DNA from: Dehalococcoidia bacterium
GTDB taxonomy: Bacteria > Chloroflexota > Dehalococcoidia > DSTF01 > JACRBR01
Direction of reading: 5' to 3'
Length of the DNA: 44,639 bases
NCBI GenBank assembly: GCA_036278595.1
Contig: DASUKS010000116.1
Coordinates: forward strand, 1-44,639
Both the position numbers and the translations under genes were made by a program. Of the stretch, positions 42,209-44,639 are shown in pieces (position 1 is the stretch's first letter; the number at the start of each line of letters is the position of its first letter). Under the pieces are notes generated by a model that worked only from the letters and a program-made list of their open reading frames with translations, did not search any database and had not been told where the DNA came from.

Positions 42209-42379
42209 TGCGTGCGGATTCGTGCCAGGTGGTTACGCCGAGACCGGAGCGTGTTTCGGTCGTCGTGGTGCAGATCCGGGAAGATCTCTGTGGCTCGTGG
42301 GAGTCGTACCACCGTCGTAACCGACGCGGGACGCCGCGAATTGGCGCCTGAGGGCGCGAGCGGGCATGGTTAGCGACGA

Positions 42380-43144
42380 ATGTGGCACGGATTCGTCTAT
42401 TTCGGGCTCTCTGTGGCCGCCTTTGTCGCCGGCGCGATCAATGCCGTCGCGGGGGGCGGATCGCTCGTCAGCTTCCCGGCGCTGATCACGGCGGGATACG
42501 CCGCGAAGACGGCGAACGTGACGAACACCGTGGCGCTCTGGCCTGGACACGCGGGCGGCTCATACGGCTACCGCGAGGAGCTGCTGCGGCAGCGGCGACG
42601 GGTGGTCGCACTTCTGCCCGCGAGCATCGGCGGGGCGCTGCTCGGGTCGTTCATCCTGCTTGCGACGCCGTCGTCGGCGTTCGATGTGCTGGTGCCGTAC
42701 CTGCTGATCTTCGCCTGCGCCGTGCTCGCGTTCCAGGACCAACTCGCACACTTCGCACACCAGCACCAGTTGCATCGGGCAGAAGGCGAAGGGGTGCCGC
42801 CGCTGCTGCACGTGATCGTCTTCACGCTGGCGATCTACGGCGCGTACTTCGGCGCCGGACTTGGGATCATCATGCTGGCGGTGCTGGGCATCCTGCTCCC
42901 GGATGACATCCAGCACTCGAACGCGCTCAAGGTGATGCTGTCACTTGTGATCAACGCCGTCGCGGTGATCTACTTCGCGTTCTTCGGGCCCGTGCGCTGG
43001 CTGGCCGCGGCGGTCATGGCCGCAGGCGCGATCATCGGCGGCTACCTGGGTGTGGGCGTCGCGCGCCGGCTCGGCCGGACGTGGCTACGGATTGTGGTGA
43101 TCGCGTACGGGCTGATCGTCGCCGGCGTGCTGCTCGCCGGCTGA
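42380..43144 (+). CDS. TauE/SafE-family anion (sulfite/sulfonate-type) exporter
   Basis: 254 aa, about 8 TM segments. GAINAVAGGGSLVSFPAL and a second-half repeat G.YFGAGLGI are typical of the TauE/SafE (DUF81) family. Confidence 0.85.
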   Translation: MWHGFVYFGLSVAAFVAGAINAVAGGGSLVSFPALITAGYAAKTANVTNTVALWPGHAGGSYGYREELLRQRRRVVALLPASIGGALLGSFILLATPSSAFDVLVPYLLIFACAVLAFQDQLAHFAHQHQLHRAEGEGVPPLLHVIVFTLAIYGAYFGAGLGIIMLAVLGILLPDDIQHSNALKVMLSLVINAVAVIYFAFFGPVRWLAAAVMAAGAIIGGYLGVGVARRLGRTWLRIVVIAYGLIVAGVLLAG

Positions 43145-43145
43145 G

Positions 43146-44501
43146 CTACTTGCGTCCGATCTTGTAGAGGGCGCCGGAGAAGCCGACGAGATACAGCTCG
43201 CCGTCGTTGCCCTGCAGAAGCGACGAGACCGACAGTCCCGTGTTCGCCAGCCCGACGGGCTCACTGGTCGCGTCGGCGGTGTCGAACGCCCAGATCCTGC
43301 CCGAGCAGAAGTCGCTGTAGACGAACCAGCCTTCGAGCTCCGGCATCGCAGCGCCGCGATAGACGTAGCCGCCCGTGATCGAGCATCCCTCGCTGTGGCT
43401 GTACTCGGCGCGCGGGAGGGTAAGGCCGCCCATGTCGCAGCCGCTTGACGGGTTGTAGCAGTGGGATGCCTCCATGATGCTCCAGCCGTAGTTCTTGCCG
43501 AGCTCGACGTGGTCGACCTCCTCGTACTTGTCCTGGCCGACGTCGCCGGCCCAGAGCTGGCCGGTCTTCGTATCGAAGGAGAAGCGCCAGGGGTTGCGGA
43601 AGCCTGTCGCGTAGATCTCGGGCGACCCGTCTCCGTGTGCGAACGGATTGTCCGCCGGTACGGCGTACTTCGGTCCGGAGCCGGAGACATCGATGCGCAG
43701 GATCTTGCCGAGGAGCGTGTGCGTGTTCTGTCCGTTGCGCTGCGGGTCGCCCTCGGAGCCACCGTCGCCGACACCGATGTAGAGGTCGCCGTCGGGGCCG
43801 AAGGCGAGCTGACCGCCGTTGTGGTTGGCGAAGGGCTCGGGGATCTCGAGCAGCACCTGCTCGGAGTTCGGGTCACCCTTGCCGCTGGACGCGTGGAATC
43901 GCGAGAGCACCGCGCGCCGCGGGCCGCCGGCGCTGTAATAGAGGTAGAAGTTTCCGCTGGTGGCGTAGTCCGGCGCGAGCGCGATCCCCAGCAGGCCTTC
44001 CTCCAGTCCGGGGTTCGGGATGAGGCGGCCGGTGATGTCCATGAACAGCGATGGCGCGGTGCCGGGTTTGGCGAGGTCGAGCCGGTCGATCACGCCGCGC
44101 TTCGCGAGCACCAGGACCGTGCTGGCACCCGGCTCCGGTACAGCCGAGGTCGCCTGGTTGAGCTCGGACGACTCGAGGAGCTTCGTAGCCGTATACGCGT
44201 CGGGCTTCGGAGGCGTGGCGGGCGGCTGCGGCGTGCTCGACGCGGGCGTGGTCGTCGTCTGTGCGGCCGGCGATGCGTTCGGCGACGCCGACCCGGGTGC
44301 GGCCGACGACGCGCGGGGCGAAGGCGTCGCCGAAGAGCCGTTGTTCGAGCACGCGCCGAGGATGACGACGGCGACCGCCAGCGCAAGCCACCTCACGCTA
44401 CGAGCCTCGCCGCGTACGGCTCGCCGCGGACGAGGCGGGTCGCTGAGAGGATCGGCGGCGGTCGGGCGCATCAGGCACTTCCGTTCTCGTGCTTCCGACA
44501 T
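43146..44501 (-). CDS. PQQ-dependent (soluble glucose/sorbosone-type) sugar dehydrogenase lipoprotein
   Basis: Contains GLLGIALAPDY, NHNGGQLAFGPDGDLYIGVGDGG, GKILRIDV, GFRNPWRFSFD, GDVGQDKYEEV and YGW, the six-bladed GSDH propeller signature. Lipobox ILGAC near the N-terminus. The exact start is uncertain (44501 or ATG 44471). Confidence 0.85.
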   Translation of the reverse strand: MSEARERKCLMRPTAADPLSDPPRPRRAVRGEARSVRWLALAVAVVILGACSNNGSSATPSPRASSAAPGSASPNASPAAQTTTTPASSTPQPPATPPKPDAYTATKLLESSELNQATSAVPEPGASTVLVLAKRGVIDRLDLAKPGTAPSLFMDITGRLIPNPGLEEGLLGIALAPDYATSGNFYLYYSAGGPRRAVLSRFHASSGKGDPNSEQVLLEIPEPFANHNGGQLAFGPDGDLYIGVGDGGSEGDPQRNGQNTHTLLGKILRIDVSGSGPKYAVPADNPFAHGDGSPEIYATGFRNPWRFSFDTKTGQLWAGDVGQDKYEEVDHVELGKNYGWSIMEASHCYNPSSGCDMGGLTLPRAEYSHSEGCSITGGYVYRGAAMPELEGWFVYSDFCSGRIWAFDTADATSEPVGLANTGLSVSSLLQGNDGELYLVGFSGALYKIGRK

Positions 44502-44639
44502 GCTACTGGCGCGGCCGTCTCGGCGTAACCCGAGCAGGGCCAGACGAATCCTACGGGGCCAGTCGCCACAGGCACCTGGACGGAGTTAACCGCCCGATCG
44601 CGGCGTTAAAGCGGCGTTAACGTGTTCTCGTTACGATCT

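Noticed and set aside
1-44639. Search for tRNA, rRNA, tmRNA or known riboswitch signatures in all intergenic spacers
   Set aside because: No cloverleaf-compatible segment, rRNA-like conserved block or recognisable riboswitch core was seen by eye. A covariance-model scan would be needed to be certain.

Overview
High-GC (about two-thirds G+C) bacterial chromosomal window with about 38 supportable protein genes. The monoderm-type gene content, frequent leaderless-looking starts and the style of the intergenic repeats suggest a Chloroflexota-like or other Terrabacteria lineage; this is inference only. No rRNA, tRNA or CRISPR array was seen. Gene order: (1) respiratory complex I operon nuoC(partial)-D-H-I-J-K-L-M-N, with nothing between nuoD and nuoH. 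(2) GNAT acetyltransferase, YceI-like protein, glutamine synthetase and an HxlR regulator. (3) etfBA, a CPA2 antiporter, a three-domain LigD and a CDF metal exporter. (4) two lipoproteins. (5) a complete SUF Fe-S assembly operon, sufR-sufCBD-Rieske-sufS-sufU-sufT. (6) a seven-gene co-directional minus-strand cluster: a cNMP-binding patatin phospholipase and a MacB/DevC-like ABC exporter, followed by three tandem paralogues of a membrane-tethered LuxR/GerE regulator with divergent propeller-like ectodomains. (7) a divergent MMPL transporter, a TauE/SafE permease and a PQQ-type sugar dehydrogenase lipoprotein. The most interesting material is the LuxR-TM-propeller triplet and its neighbourhood. 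Next is a set of intergenic repeat elements: a 0.8-kb element bounded by inverted GTTCAC arrays that encodes a small Arg/Gly-rich protein and has a decayed second copy 13 kb away, REP-like hairpins bracketing glnA, and a MITE-like insert after nuoN. All functional calls rest on motif recognition in the supplied translations. No database search was possible.
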